NCBI GenBank assembly: GCA_030390025.1
Contig: CM059430.1
Location: 62,558,001 to 62,622,000 of the forward strand
DNA: 64,000 bases
From: Squalus acanthias
Lineage: Eukaryota
Direction: 5' to 3'
Each line of letters begins with the position of its first letter. Position 1 is the stretch's first letter. The translations under genes were made by a program, and so were the position numbers. Positions 1-13,539 of this stretch are shown here, in pieces. Under the pieces are notes generated by a model, which saw nothing but the letters and a program-made list of their open reading frames with translations, was not told the origin of the DNA and made no database searches.

Positions 1-350
1 GTTAATTTATTTAACTTGTAGTTATTTTAAAAATGTGATGATTTTGATTAAATTTATTTGAAGTTTAAGTGTGGTTTTGGGGCCGATCTCTATTCATAGC
101 TTTGACAGGTCATCCTGTCAAATCTATGAATGAAAATGCCCTGCTAGGATTGGCTTTCCATGGCCCACGTGATGCCAGAGGATGCTTCGAACTAACTGCG
201 CCCCTGGGATACACAAGCACTGCGCGCCGGTAGCTGGAGGAGGCCCAGGACCCGAAGTTCTCGTGGTCCCAAAGCACAACTGCAGGCGCGGTCGGCAAGT
301 ACACGCGCGATGCTTGCACCCGCAGGAAGCCGGAAAGCCGAATTTCTAGC
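1..350. mobile_element. End of a Harbinger-type MITE (non-autonomous DNA transposon)
   Basis: Similar to the right half of the TIR element at 52621-53344 (tgtgatg...aaatttatt; cctgtcaaat; catggcccac.tgat); ends aatttctagccc; absent at the equivalent site in copy B. Confidence 0.55.
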
Positions 351-916
351 CCATGATTTAAAAGGTCATTGTGTGGGCGATCTATCAGTTCTGATGAAAT
401 ATAAGCGATTAGCTGGGGTTTTTATCTTCTGGTTTTCGCTACACTGATGTACTGCTAAATATTTACAAGGGCGAATCGCTTATGCGAGCTAAGTAAAGGA
501 AGCGGTTCAGTGGCTCAGCTCGAAGCACCAACACGTCTTGTTCTCAATTTAACTCTGTAATTGCAACATACTGTAAACATATCTAGTGCTGAAGAGCAGC
601 AGTTATTTCACATCGCATGTTTCAGTATAACTATAACAACACTTAATGTTCACATTCAAAAGACATTCTACCTCACATTTGTCATTGTAACTTTCCTAAC
701 CTCACTCTCGGTACCGATGGGAAGGGGTAAGCCCTTCGCCCTAAGGCTTTGGTCTCACTTTTATTGGTTCCATTTTCATATATTTCTCTAAGTGTTTTCC
801 TGTACATTTTCTGCCTTTTATTATTTCATCCATACACAAATTTCAGTAGTTAAATTGTTTAAATCTCTGAAACGCACTACAATTTCTTTATGTCCTACAA
901 TACTGTAACATTGATC

Positions 917-2170
917 ACATGATGCCATTGTTGTAAATGTACTGGAACAGCTTGGCTAGAGGCGCGGCTATTTCTGGAACAGAAGTCCTGAGCACTTCAG
1001 GCGGAATGTTGCAGTGGCCCATAGCGTTTGCTGCATCCTGTTCCCTCAGCCTATACTTGATATCACGTGGAGGTATTGGATTTTGGCTGAAGACTGATAT
1101 CTGTGACGGTGGAACCTCAGGAGGAGGCCGCGGTGGATCATCCACTCGGCACTTCTGGCTGAAGATGGTTGCAAACGCTTCAGCCTTTTCTTTTGCACTT
1201 GCGTGCGTGGCTCCGCCATCGTTGAGGATGTTCATGGAGCCTCCTCCTCCTCCCGTTAGTTGTTGAATTGTCCACCACCATTCAGGACTGGATGCGGCAG
1301 GACTGCAGATCTTTGATCTGATCCATTGGTTGTGGCATTGCTTAGCTCTGTCTGTATCATGCTGCTTCCGCTGTTTAGACAATTATAACTTCATCAGGTT
1401 GTCACCTCATTTTTAAGCACGCCTGGTGCTTCATCCTGGTGCAAGCCTGCACTATCTTTTGAGTCAGGGAGAGTCGTCTGGCTTGATGGTAATATTAGAG
1501 TGAGGGAACTGCCAGACAATGAGGCTGAAGATTGTGGTGGAAACCAATTCTGCTGCTGCTGATGTCCCACCGCACCTTATGGATGCATAGTTTCGAGCTG
1601 GTAAATCTGTTCTGATCTAATCTGATCTGATTTAGCACAACAAGTGCCTCAGTATTAAGGCGGGATTTTGTTTGTCACTCCTACCAATGCCATGGTCATG
1701 TTTTTCAAGTTTTACTTGGTCAGTAGGATTTTACCTCGTGTTTGTTGTATCACCACCTGCCACAATCTCAGTCAGACAGGTCGGTGAGTAGTGGATTCTA
1801 CCCAGCCACCCTTGGTCACTGAATTCCCCCAGCAGTACATTCTGTGCCTTCAGTATTTATTCCAAGTCGTGTTAAACATTCATCCACTGAGGGCGGTAAT
1901 CAGCAAGCGGTTTCCATGCCAAGCAGATTCAATGTTGAGGTCTTCCATGGCCGCTCACTCCCGCTGTTGGGTTTGTCCTGCTAGTGGGATGTTGGCTGAT
2001 CGTTCAGGGTAGTCGGTTAGACAGCTCTCTCAATTTTAGCATGAGTCAGTTGGTAGTGAGGAGGACCTTGCAGGTCGACTCGGCGTTGCCGTTCCGGAAT
2101 CCAATGCCTAGGTCAATTTAGGTTCGTTTCATTCTGCTTCAACCTTATTGTAGCTGTGTTCTAAAACTGA
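917..2170 (-). mobile_element. Degenerate CR1-group LINE, family B (APE/RT-linker fragment)
   Basis: ORF 915..1382 EWWWTIQQL..AKEKAEAFATIFSQKC..APLAKLFQ is LINE ORF2 linker; homologous to 5860-7080. Confidence 0.75.
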
Positions 2171-2199
2171 GAGGCTATATGGCGTCTACGGCGTTATCC

Positions 2200-4542
2200 T
2201 CGTCAGCTCTATCCGTTACCTTTTCATAGATTTCTATCAAGTTAGTTAAGCATGAATTCGCCTTTCAGACTCCATGCTGATTATTTTTTATCATATATCC
2301 TGTGTCTAAGTTTTCTTCTATCACTTCTTTCAGTATGGAATCCAATATCTTTCCTATCACTGACGTTACACTGACTGGCCTATAGTTCCCAGGTTTTGTT
2401 CTGTCTGCCTTTCGTAATATAGGAACAACATTAGCTGTCCGTTAGTCCTCTGGCACCATCCTCTATAGAATTTATATATATATATATATATAAATATAAA
2501 TTAATATTCTTTTTAAGCGCATGCTCTAGAGAATTGTTATTTTGTTACCTTCTTTAGTAAATGCTGAGGCGAAGTAATTATTCAATTCTTCGGCCATTTC
2601 TCTGTCATTGCCTGTCAGTTTGTCTTGCTCATCTTTTATTGGCATTATCCCTACTTTAATTTTCCTTGTTATTTATGTGTCTGTTGAAGACTTTATTATT
2701 TATTGTTATATTTGCTAATACTTTTAATTTGTAATTTCTCTTTGCCTTCCAGATTTTTTTTTACTTTCTCTCCTAAGTTCTTCTAATTCCCCTTTGTCCT
2801 CCTCTCCTTTAGTATCTAATTGCTTCTTATATTTTTTTTCTTTAGATTCAATGTTCCCTTTAGTCCTTTATTCAGTCAAGGTGCCCAATAATTAGTTTGC
2901 TATTTTGGCTTTTAGTGGAATACATTTCTCTTGAACTCTATTGATAACTCTTTTAATAAATTCCCATTGTTGACAATCTCTTTGTTTTTCAAGATTTTCT
3001 CTCAGTTTGCCACCTTCATTTCCTCATAATTTGCTCTTTTCCTTTCTATTGCCTTAATCTTTGACCTACGTATGTCACTCTCGATCCTAATCTTGAACCT
3101 TATTATGTTTTGAGCACTAGTTGTAAGCACTCTTCTACTCTTGATTCTCCTATCTGTTCCGGTTCAATATCCATTACAAGATCGAGCAGCGTTCTTTTCT
3201 TGTTGGACTACTTAAATACTGATTGAGAAAATAATCCGGTATGCACTGTAAAAGCGCGATTCCCTTTTCTCCTTTCGCTACTTCTTGCTGCCAGTTTATT
3301 TATGGGTTGTTGAAACCTCCCATGATTATTATTCGATGCCTGCTACTCACCTCGTAGATTTACCCATATCTTTCTTCCTCCACTTGCATTCCACTATTTG
3401 GTGGTCTTTCGGCAAGTATTTACTTTCCTTATCTGCTTGTCTCTATACCGATTAGCACGTGGCTCCGGTTTCTGAGGTTATTACCGATGAGGTCCTGCTT
3501 TTCATGTTAGCTGCTCACTCATGATACTCCCTTGGAAGGATTTGGACATCGTGAGAGTTAAAAGTTTAACCATCGAACTTCTTCGTATCATCAAGCATAA
3601 ACTTTTCAATATAAACAGGATGACTTTGGAATGTCGTGGAACGAATGCATTGCTTCTCTTCTGATGTGTAAAGTGCTTGTGTAAGGAAATAAGTGCTAAC
3701 AATGATGTCACCTAAAAGTGGGGAATGTTTAGTTTTACGGTAATAAAATGTAACTTTAAGGGCTGGGATAATAAAACATGGGCAGAAAATCCATTAGCTG
3801 CAATTAACAGTTGGTAAAGCTTTTTCTTCAAAGGGTTTAAGGTCTGTTAGGTCAGGAAGCAGCTTTGAAGTAAACTACTACAACTGTTTACATGAATAGT
3901 CTATCTTTTAAGGATCTGGCGATAGATACGTCATGCCATCTTATATATGACGTTTTCCTTTGTAGTAGTCAAAATATGGTGTATAAAGGAGGATGGTTTT
4001 CAACAGTAATTCAGAGGGTTCGACAGTTTAAACTTATCACCCAAGAGCAGTTAGACTGAATATCTTTACTGTGTATCAATAACGTGTGTTCCGTATATTG
4101 TGATACGAAATGTCTTGTGCTTACTCGAAACATGTTGTTAACCAGATCAGGAAAGAGGTTGCCTGCTAATATTGGAACTCTTCCCTAATCTTTCCTAATT
4201 TTTTCGTTTTGAAATGGAGCACAACAAGTGGATCCTATCCTCTCCCCCACCCTTTCCAGCTTTTTTTCTAGCCGTTTCGAAATGCACCTGACCCTAGTAC
4301 TGGGTAGGCAACACATCCTTCGGCATTCTCGATCCTGACTTCAAAGAATACTATCTATCCCCCGAATTATAGATCCTCCAATAACTACAGCATTTCTACT
4401 CTGCACCTCTACTCCTGGACTGCCTCCGGCTCCATAGTACCTTGGTCGGGATTGTGGCTGTCCTTCCCACAGTCTTTCACATTATTCTCAAAGGTATCCA
4501 GTATATTGTACATGTTCGATACCAGCAATATCTGCTGGGCCC
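2200..4542 (-). mobile_element. Degenerate CR1 LINE (APE/RT start 2200-3490; ORF1 esterase-like part 4190-4542)
   Basis: Copy-B translations LDLVMDNEP, LNNYFASVFTKE, VVIGGSIIRG (GDSL-like ORF1). Confidence 0.7.
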
Positions 4543-7081
4543 TTTTTATACCATTCGTTCCTGGGATGTGGGCGTCACTGGAAAGGTCATCATTTATTGC
4601 CAATCCCTAATTGCCTTTGAGAAGCTAATGGCGAGCCGCCTTCTTCAAAAGATTCAGTCCGTGGGGTGAAGGTACTCCCACAGTGCTGTTGGGGAGGGAA
4701 TACCAGGATTTTGACTAAGCGACGAGGAAGGAACGGCGATTTATTTTCAAGTCAGGATGGTGTGTGACTTGGAGAGGAACTTGGAGGTGATGGAGTTCCC
4801 ATGCGTCTGCTGATCCTGTCCTTCTAGGTGGTAGAAAGCTGCTGTCGAAGAAGCCTTGGCGAGTTGCTGCAGTGCATCTTGCAGAAGGTACACACTGCAG
4901 CATGGTGCGCTGGTGTTGCAGGGAGTGAATGTTTAAGGTGATGGATTCGGTGCCAATCAAGCAGGCTGCTTGCTCCTGGATGGCGTCGAGCTGCTTGTGT
5001 GCTGTTGGAGCTGTACTCATCCAGGCAATTGGAGATTATTCAATCACACTCCTGACTTGTGCCTTGTACAGGGTGGAAAGGCTTTGGGGAGTCAAGAGGT
5101 GAGACAGTCGCCGCAGAATACATAGCCTCTGACCTGCTCTTGTAGACACAGTATTTATGTGGTTGGTCCAGGTAAGTTTAATGTCAACGATGGCCCCCAG
5201 GAGGTTGATGGTGTTGGATTCGGCTTTCGTAAATGTAAAGGGGCGTTGTTTAGAATCTCTCTTCTTGGAGATGGTCATTGCCTGGCACTTGTGTGGCGCG
5301 AATATTACTTGCCACTTATCAGCCCAAGCCTTAATATCGTCAAGATCTTGCTTGTTGCGGGCATGGACTGCTTCATTAACTGAGGAGTTGCGAATGGAAC
5401 TGAACACTGTGCAGTCACCAGTGAACATCCCCACTTCTGACCTTATGATGGAGGGAATGTCATCGATGAAGCAGCTGAAGATGGTTGTGCGAAGGACACA
5501 GCCGTGAGGAACTCCTGCAGCGATGTACTGGGGCTGAGATAATTGGCTTCCAACAACTACAACCATCTTCTATTGTGCTAGGTATGATTCCAGCCAATGG
5601 AGGGTATTCCCCCTGATTCCCATTGACTTCAGATTTACTAGGGCTCCTTGATGCCAAACTCGGTCAAATGCTGCCTTGATGTGAAGGGCAGTCAATCTCA
5701 CCTCACCTTTGGAATTCAGCTCTTGTGTCCATATTTGGATCAAGGCTGTAATGAAATCGTGAGCCAGGTGTTCCTGGTGGAACCTAAACTGAGCATCAGT
5801 GAGCAGGTTATTGCTGAGTAGGTTCTGCTTGATAGCAATATAGACGAAATCTTCCGTCACTTTGCTGATGATTGCGAGTAGACTGATGGGGCGTTAATTG
5901 GCCGGATTGGAATTGCCCAGCTTGTTTGGACAGGACATACCTGGGCAGTTTTCCACATTGTCGGGTAGATGCCAGTTTTGTAAGTGTTCTGCAACAGCTT
6001 GGCTAGAGGCGTGGCTATTTCTGAATCAAAAGGCTTCAGCATGACAGCCGGGATGTTGTCGGGGCCCACAGCCTTTGCTGTTTCCATCTGTGAGGGTGTG
6101 GACCGAAGGAGGATGACGAGATGGATCATCCACTCGGCACTTGTATCTGAAAACTGTTGCACTTCATTCCTGCCTTTTGCACCCGACTGCTGTCCTCCAC
6201 CATCATTAAGGATACGAATGATCATGGAGCCTCCTCCTCTCGTTCATTGTTTAATTGTCCAGCGCTATTTACGATTGGATGTGGCAGGACTACAGAACTT
6301 GGATCTGAATCGTTGGTTGTGGCATCACTTAGCTCTGTCTATAGCATGTTGCATTTGATGTTTAGCATGCCAGTATTCGTGTGTTGCTGTTTCCCCAGTT
6401 TGGCGCCTCATTTTTCGTGACGCCTCGTGCTGCTACTGGCATGCTCTTCTACACTCCTCATTGTACCAGGGTTGGTCCCCTCGCTTGATGATAATGTTTG
6501 AGTGAGAAATATGCCGGGCCATGAGGTTGCAGATTGTGGTGGAATACAATTCTGCTGCTGCTGATGGACCACAACGCCTCATGGATGCTCAGTTTTTAGG
6601 TGCTGGATCTGTTTTGAATCTACCCATTTAGTACTGTTATAGTGCCACACAACACGATGGACGGTGTCCTCAGTGTGAAGACGGGACTTCGTCTCCACAA
6701 GGACTGTGCGGCGGTTACAGCCACCAATACTGTCATGGACAGATGCATCTGTGACAGATAGATTGGTGAGTTCGAGGTAAAGTAGGGGTTTCCCTCATGT
6801 TGGTTCTCTCACCACATGCCGCAAACCCAGACTGGCAGCTATGTCCTTCAGGACTCGGCCAGCTCGGTCAGTAGTTGCGCTACCGAGCCACTCTTGCTGA
6901 TGCAATTTGAAGTACATTCTGTGCCCTTGCTACGCTCAGTTCTTCCTCCAAATGGTGTTACAACATGGAGGGGTAATGATTTATCAGCTGAGGGAGGGCG
7001 GTAGGTCGTAATCAGCAGGAGGTTTCCATGCCCTTGCTTGACATGAATTCATGAGAATTCATGGGATCCGGTGTCAATGTG

Positions 7082-9868
7082 TCAGTATTTGCAAGGAAAT
7101 GGTGTTAGGGAAATTGACAGGATTGAAGGCCGGTAAATCCCCAGGGCCGACAAATCCCCAGGGCCTGATAATCTACATCCTAGGGTACTTAAGGAAGTGG
7201 CCCTAGAAATAGTAGATGCATTGCTGATCATCTTCCAACATTCGATGGAATCTGGAACTGTACCCATGGATTGGAGGGTAGCTAATGTTACCCCACTATT
7301 CAAAAAGGGTGGTAGAGAGAAAGCGGGGAATTACAGACATCGGTAATGCGGAAAATGTTAGAGTCCATTATAAAGGATGTAATACCTGAGCACTTGAAAA
7401 ACAGTGACAGGATCGGACAAAGTCAACATGGATTTACACAAGGTAAATCGTGCTTGACTAATCTACTGGAATTTTTTGAGGATGTAACTGGGAAAATAGA
7501 TATGGGAGAACCAGTCGATATGGTGTATTTGGACTTTCAAAAGGCTTTGGATAAGGTCCCGCATAAGAGATTAGCGTGTAAATTTAAGGCACATGGGATT
7601 GGGGGCAAGGTATTGACTTGGATAGAGAACTGGTTGGCGGACAGAAAGCAGAGAGTAGGAATTAATGGGTCTTTTTCCGAGTGGCAGGCAGTGACTAGTG
7701 GGGTACCGCAGGGTTCGGTCCTTGGACCCCAGCTATTCACAATATACATTAATGATCTGGATAAGGGAACTAAATGTAATATCTCCACGTTTGCAGATGA
7801 CACAAAGCTGGGTGGGCGTGTGTGCTCCGAGGATGATACTGAGAAACTCCTGGATGATTTGGACAGTTTGTGTGAGTGGGCAGAAGCGTGGCAGATGCAA
7901 TATATCGTGGATAAATACGAGGTTATCCACTTTGGTTTTAGAAACAGAAAGACAGACTATTATATGAATGGCAATAGATTGGGAGAAGGGGAATGGCAAC
8001 GAGACCTGGGTGTCATTGTGCACCAGTCGCTGAAGGTAACCATGCAGGTGAAGCAGGCGGTGAAGACGGCAAATGGTATGTCGGCCTTCATAGCGAAAGG
8101 GTTTGAGTATAGGAACAGGGATGTCCTGCTGCAGTTGTACCGGGCCTTGGTGAGACCACACCTTGAGTACTGTGTGCTGTTTTGGTCGCCTCGTCTGAGG
8201 AAGGATTTTCTTGCCATGGACGGAGTTCAGCGAAGATTCAAAAGGCTGATACCTGGGATGGCAGGAATGACATATGAGGAGAGATTGGGTCGATTGGGCT
8301 TATACTCGCTGTAGTATAGAAGAATGAGAGGGGATCTCATCGAAACATATAAAATTCTGACAGGTCTGGACAAACTAGATGCAGTAAGAATGTTCTGGCA
8401 ACCAGTAGCCTGTGGTGTTCCGCAGGGGTCGGTGCTGGGTCCCCAACTCTTTACAATCTATATTAACGATTTGGAGGAGGGGACCGAGTGTAACATATCA
8501 AAGTTTTCAGATGATACAAAGATGGGAGGGAAAGTAGAAAGTGAGGAGGACATAAAAAACCTACAAGGGGATGTAGACAGGCTGGGTGAGTGGGCGGAGA
8601 TTTGGCAGATGCAATACAATATTGGAAAATGTGAGGTTATGCACTTTGGCAGGAAAAATCAGAGAGCAAGTTATTACCTTAATGGCGAGAAACTGGAAAG
8701 TACTGCAGTACAAAGGGGTCTGGGGGTCCTTGTGCAAGGAAATCAAAAAGTTAGTATGCAGGTGCAGCAGGTGATCAAGAAGGCCAACGGAGTGTTGGCT
8801 TTTATTGCTAGTGGGATAGATTATAAAAACAGGGAGGTATTGCTGCAGTTATATAAGGTATTGGTGAGACCGCACCTGGAATACTGCAGACAGTTTTGGT
8901 GTCCATACTTAAGAAAAGACATACTTGCTCTCGAGGCAGTACAAAGAAGGTTCACTCGGTTAATCCCGGGGATGAGGGGGTGGACATATGAGGAGAGGTT
9001 GAGTAGATTGGGACTCTACTTATTGGGGTTCAGAAGAATGAGAGGCGATCTTATTGAAACATATAAGATTCTGAAGGGGCTTGATCGGGTGGATGCGGTA
9101 AGGATGTTCCCAAGGATGGGTGAAACTAGAACTAGGGGGCAAAATCTTAGAATAAGGGGCTGCTCTTTCGAAACTGAGATGAGGAGAAACTTCTTCACTC
9201 AGAGGGTAGTAGGTTTGTGGAATTTGCTGCCCCAGGAAGCTGTGGAAGCCACATCATTAAATAAATTTAAAACAGAAATAGACAGTTTCCTCGAAGTAAA
9301 GGGAATTAGGGGTTACGGGGAGCGGGCAGGAAATTGGACATGAGGCTGAGTTCGGATCGGTCAAGGCCCTGTGGGTGGCGGAGCGGGCCCAGGGGCTAAG
9401 TGGCCGGGTCCTGCTCCTACTTCTTGTGTTCTTTAGATTTGAGGTGAGGATCAGATCAGCCATGATCTTATTGAATGGCGGAGCAGGCTCGAGGGGCCGA
9501 TTGGCCTACTCCTGCTCCGATTTCTTATGTTCTTATGTAATGTTCCCGATGGTCGGAGAGTCCAGAACCAGGGGTCATAATCTAAGGATAAGGGGTAAGC
9601 CATTTAGAACAGAAATTAGGAAGAATTTCTTCACCCAGAGAGTGCTGAACCTGTGGAATTCTCTCCCACAGAAGGTAGTTGAGGCCAAGTGATTAAATGT
9701 ATTCAAGAATGAGTTAGATATATTTCTTAAAGCTAAAGGTATCAATGGTTATGGGGAGAAGGCAGGTACAGGGTACTGAGTTTAGATGATCAGCCATGAT
9801 CTCATCGAATGGCCGAGCAGGCTCAAAGGGCCGAATGGCCTTCTCCTGCTCCTATATTCTATGTTTCT
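7082..9868 (+). mobile_element. 5'-truncated CR1 LINE (RT ORF 7346-8314), interrupted by a second CR1
   Basis: QHGFTQGKSCLTNL, YLDFQKA, GVPQGSVLGP, FADDTKLGG, LVRPHLEYC; tail ttctatgtttct. Confidence 0.92.
8396..9538 (+). mobile_element. Younger 5'-truncated CR1 inserted in the previous CR1, TSD AATGTTC
   Basis: AATGTTC at 8389-8395 and 9539-9545; (TTCTTATG)n tail; host CR1 resumes after 9545. Confidence 0.9.
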
Positions 9869-10535
9869 GTACTCCCACAGCCAATCCCTCCCGACGTTAT
9901 ACTAATGCGGTGCCACCTCTGGTGGGTCTGTCCTACCAGTGGAAAAGGACATACCAAGGGATGGTGATGGGAGGTTCTGGGACATTGGCTGAAAGGTCTG
10001 ATTCTGGGAGCATGACCATGTCAGGCTGTTGCTTGACTAATCTGTGGGACAGCACTCCCCATTTTGGCACAGGTCCTCAGATGTTGATGACGACGACTTT
10101 GCAGGGTCAACTGGGCTGGGTGTCACTTAGTCATGTCCAAAGCCGATGCCTCGGTTGATGCCAGGCGGTCCATCCAGTTTTATTCTTATTCTTATTTATC
10201 ATACCAGTGTGGTACAACTGAATAGCTTGCTAGGACATTTCAGAGGGCAGTTAAGAGTCAACCTACATTGCTGTGGGTCTGGAGTTGCATTTAGCTCTGA
10301 CCAGGTAAGAAGAGCTTGTTCCTTCCCTAAAGGACATTCGTGAAGCAAATTGGTTTTTATGACAATCTGGTAGTTTAAAGGTCACCATTACTGATACTAG
10401 CTTTTTATTCCAGATTTATTTAACTGAATTTAAATTCCGCAGCTGCCATGGTGGGATTTGACCTCATGTCTCTGGATTATTGGGACGGGCCTTTGGATTA
10501 CTAGTCCAGTACAATAACCACTATGCTACCATACC

Positions 10536-11100
10536 TTCTTCTCTACCTCTCCCACGTTCCCCTTACCCGGCTTACTGACAGTCTCATTCTCCCTTTGCTG
10601 CACCTGTACTTTCCTCTGGTGTGTCGCTGTCCTCTGGTGTCAATTATTCAGTAAGTTCTCCTCCTCCCTTATATGTCAGAATGGCTCAAACTCTGACTCC
10701 AGCGCAATGAATCTGAGCCAGAGGATCTCGAAACAGAGACATTTCTAGCAGATGTGGCAGTGTTGGACAGCCTCCTTGTCCACAAACTCCTCTTGGACAG
10801 CCTCCTTGTCCACGAACTCCTCTTGGACAGCCTCCTTGTCCACAAACTCCTCTTGGACAGTCTCCTTGTCCACAAATTCCTCTTGGACAGTCTCCTTGGC
10901 CACAAACTCCTCTTGGACAGTCTCCTTGTTCACAAACTCCTCTTGGACAGCCTCCTTGTCCACAAACTCATCTTGGACAGTCTCCTTGTACACAAACTCC
11001 TCTTAGACAGCTTCCTTGTCCACAAACTCCCCTTGGACAATCTCCTTGTCCACAAACGCCCAAACACTGAAATCCCGACACACTGCCTGCACAGGCATTT
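10536..11100 (-). mobile_element. CR1 ORF1 5' part (zinc-finger/coiled-coil), continuation of the 2200-4542 element
   Basis: Minus-strand ATG 11098: MPVQAVCRDFSVW...HIC*KCL..EILWLRFIALESE..IREEE resembles the CR1 ORF1 N-terminus. Confidence 0.65.
10762..11056. repeat. Minisatellite, ~10 x 30 bp (ttggacagcctccttgtccacaaactcctc)
   Basis: Directly visible tandem array. Confidence 0.95.
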
Positions 11101-11289
11101 GATATTTAATTAGTTAGTTTATTTCTGGAACTAATTGATCACTTGAGGCATTGATAAATTAAGTAGGTGGACTCAGCGTGCTGTTAAATAAATTAGTAGT
11201 TGGTTACTGTGATTAATTAGTTAGCTATTTGTCAGGTATTAGCGTCTTTAAATTGCCCAAGTGCAATATGATATCTTTGTGTTCAAATT

Positions 11290-12222
11290 TTTTTCATTTC
11301 TTTTTGTGGGAGGTGCGATGTGGGCGTCGCTTGCAAGGCCATCATTCATTGCCCATCCCTAATTGCCCTTGAGAAGCTGGTGGTGAGCTGCCTTCTTGAA
11401 CCGCTGCAGTTCTTGTGGTGAAGGTACTCCCACAGTGTTGTTAGGAGGGCCTTCCAGGATTTTGACAAGCAACGATGAAGGATCGGCGATAGACTTCTAA
11501 GTCAGGATGGTGTGTGACTTGGAGGGGAACTTGGAGCTGGTGTTCCCATGCGCCTGCTGCCCTTGACCTTCTAGGTGGAAGAGGTCGCGGGATTGGGAGG
11601 CGCTGCTGAAGAAGCCTTGGCGAGTTGCTGCAGTGCATCTTGTAGATGGTGCACACTGCAGCCACGGTACGCCGGTGGTGGAGGGAGTGAATATTTAATG
11701 TGGTGGATGGGTTGCCAATCAAGCTGGCTGCTTTGTCCTGGAGTGTTGTTGGAGCTGCACTCATCCAGGCAGGTGGAGAGCATTCCATCAGACTCCTTAC
11801 TTGTGCCTTGTAGATGGCTTTGTGGATTCAGGAGGTGAGACACTCGGCGCAGAATACCTAGCCTTTAGCCTGCTCTTGTCGCCACAGTATTTTTGTGGCT
11901 GGCCCAGTTACGTTTCTGGTCAATGGTGACGCTCAGGATGTTGATGGTCTGGAATTCGGCGACGGTAATGCCGTTGAAAGTCAAGGGGCAGTGGTTAGGC
12001 TCTCGCTTGTTGGAGATAGTCGTTGCCTGGCTGTTCTGTGACTCGAATGTAAACTTCCAATTATCTGACCAAGCCTGGACGTCGTCCAGATCTGTTGCAT
12101 ACGGGCATGGGCTGCTTCATTATCTGAGGAGTGGATCTGGCACTGAACACTGTGCAGTCATCAGCGAACATCCCCAATTCTGACTTTATGTTGGAAGAAA
12201 GATCATTAATGAAGCAGCTGGG
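11290..12222 (-). mobile_element. 5'-truncated family-B LINE
   Basis: Same 3' end and RT C-terminus as the 4543 element (ORF 11441..11788). Confidence 0.8.
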
Positions 12223-13539
12223 CAAAACCGGTAACTATGTTTTATTTAACTACAGATATTAAATGCACGTATTTACTGGTTTATATAACTGTGTTATGTG
12301 ATTGAAACAAAGTGATTGATTTATATCCCCTGCATTGGGTGAATGAACGTCATTTCATTGGCTAATTAATTTGTCAGTTCAATTAGAAATGTTCAGGAAT
12401 CAATTGAAACAATTGCTTCAAGAACTCTCAGGAATGGCAGCGTGCAACTCTGTGATATTGACATTTAATGGCAGAGGTTACTTTGATCCTGACAGTAAAC
12501 GTGCAAAATATGCTTGGCCAGTTCCTGCTGGCAGTGGCCACAGAACACCATGGGCCAGTTTGGAACCAATTCTCCATCTCACGAACACAACACACGGGAT
12601 AGCAGGCGAGGGAGTGAAAAAAATCTATGGGAAGGATTTGTGACAAGGAAACAGCGAGAACTATGCAACCTCTTCAAAAATAGCTTGGGATCTTTTACTT
12701 CTACCTAAATAGGTAGATTTATCCTTACATAGAATTACATAGAATATACAGCACACAAACAGGCCATTCGACACAACCAGTCCATGCTGGCGTTTATGCA
12801 CCACTCAAGCCTCCTCCCAGCTTTCCTCCAAAAACTCTATCAGCATAATGCTCTATTCCCTTCACCCTCATATGCGTACCTAGCCTCCCTTAAATGCAGC
12901 TATACTCAGTTAATCTTAAATGCGTCAGTTCAATCAAGGCAGAATTCCATCAGTACCATATATTATGTTAGTGCACTTTTCCTGTCAACTTTACCATTCC
13001 TACTGTAAAGTTTGTACGCGGTCCTCGCATTAGAGGCATTGCAGTGCCGCCTCTGGCAGTCGGGTGCAATTGCAGGCTGACGGTTCAGCAGGAAATTTTA
13101 TAGAAATTAATATGGCAATTTACAGGACAGACTGTGTATGAATTTAAATGGTTTAGAGCTACGTCTGCAGGCACTGGTCCAAATATCACCCAGCCTCTAA
13201 CCCTGCTTCACCTGATGATTAAAGTCCATGTTGATTCGCCTTTCCCAGCACTATAGGAGATGGACTGCATTTTATAAAATTTAATTAAACTTTTAATAAA
13301 ATGAGTGTTCGAGTCTTACACAAAAGAAGCAGAGCCAGTGACATATGATAACATGAGCTCCAACAGGATACTAAGCATTTGTGCTGAGGGTTACATCATT
13401 TTGTGGAATATTTCAGCACTTCCTGTTGCTTGTCAGTACTTATCCTACATATAAAACGGACGAGGCCGTCAATTTAAGTTACATTTCTCTTTTGATTTTG
13501 CGATGCCTGTTGGGAAGTTTTCTTCTATGTTATAAAATA

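Larger units (their letters stand above)
4543..10535 (-). mobile_element. Near full-length family-B LINE (tRNA-like head, APE-RT, 3' tail), interrupted by CR1 at 7082-9868
   Basis: RT motifs AAFDRVWH, GVPHGCVL, FTGDC, YKAQVRSV; APE start near 9900-10110; 3' end aataaatg...gacgcccacatccc + A-tail. Confidence 0.8.

Noticed and set aside
561-791. Short ORFs conserved between the two copies (561/33817, 12371/38849, 12784/39263, 18133/44596)
   Set aside because: Conservation is explained by the recent duplication; most have non-ATG starts and I saw no domain or splice support.
8324-9343. 339-aa ORF as a novel or domesticated RT gene
   Set aside because: It is a chance in-frame fusion of the host CR1 C-terminus with an inserted truncated CR1 at the TSD, and it lacks the N-terminal RT motifs.
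10450-10535. tRNA gene
   Set aside because: It has A/B boxes but no complete cloverleaf, and it is contiguous with a retroelement.
10762-11056. CRISPR-like array of ~30-bp palindromic repeats
   Set aside because: The units abut with no unique spacers, there are no cas genes, and the context is vertebrate; it is a minisatellite.
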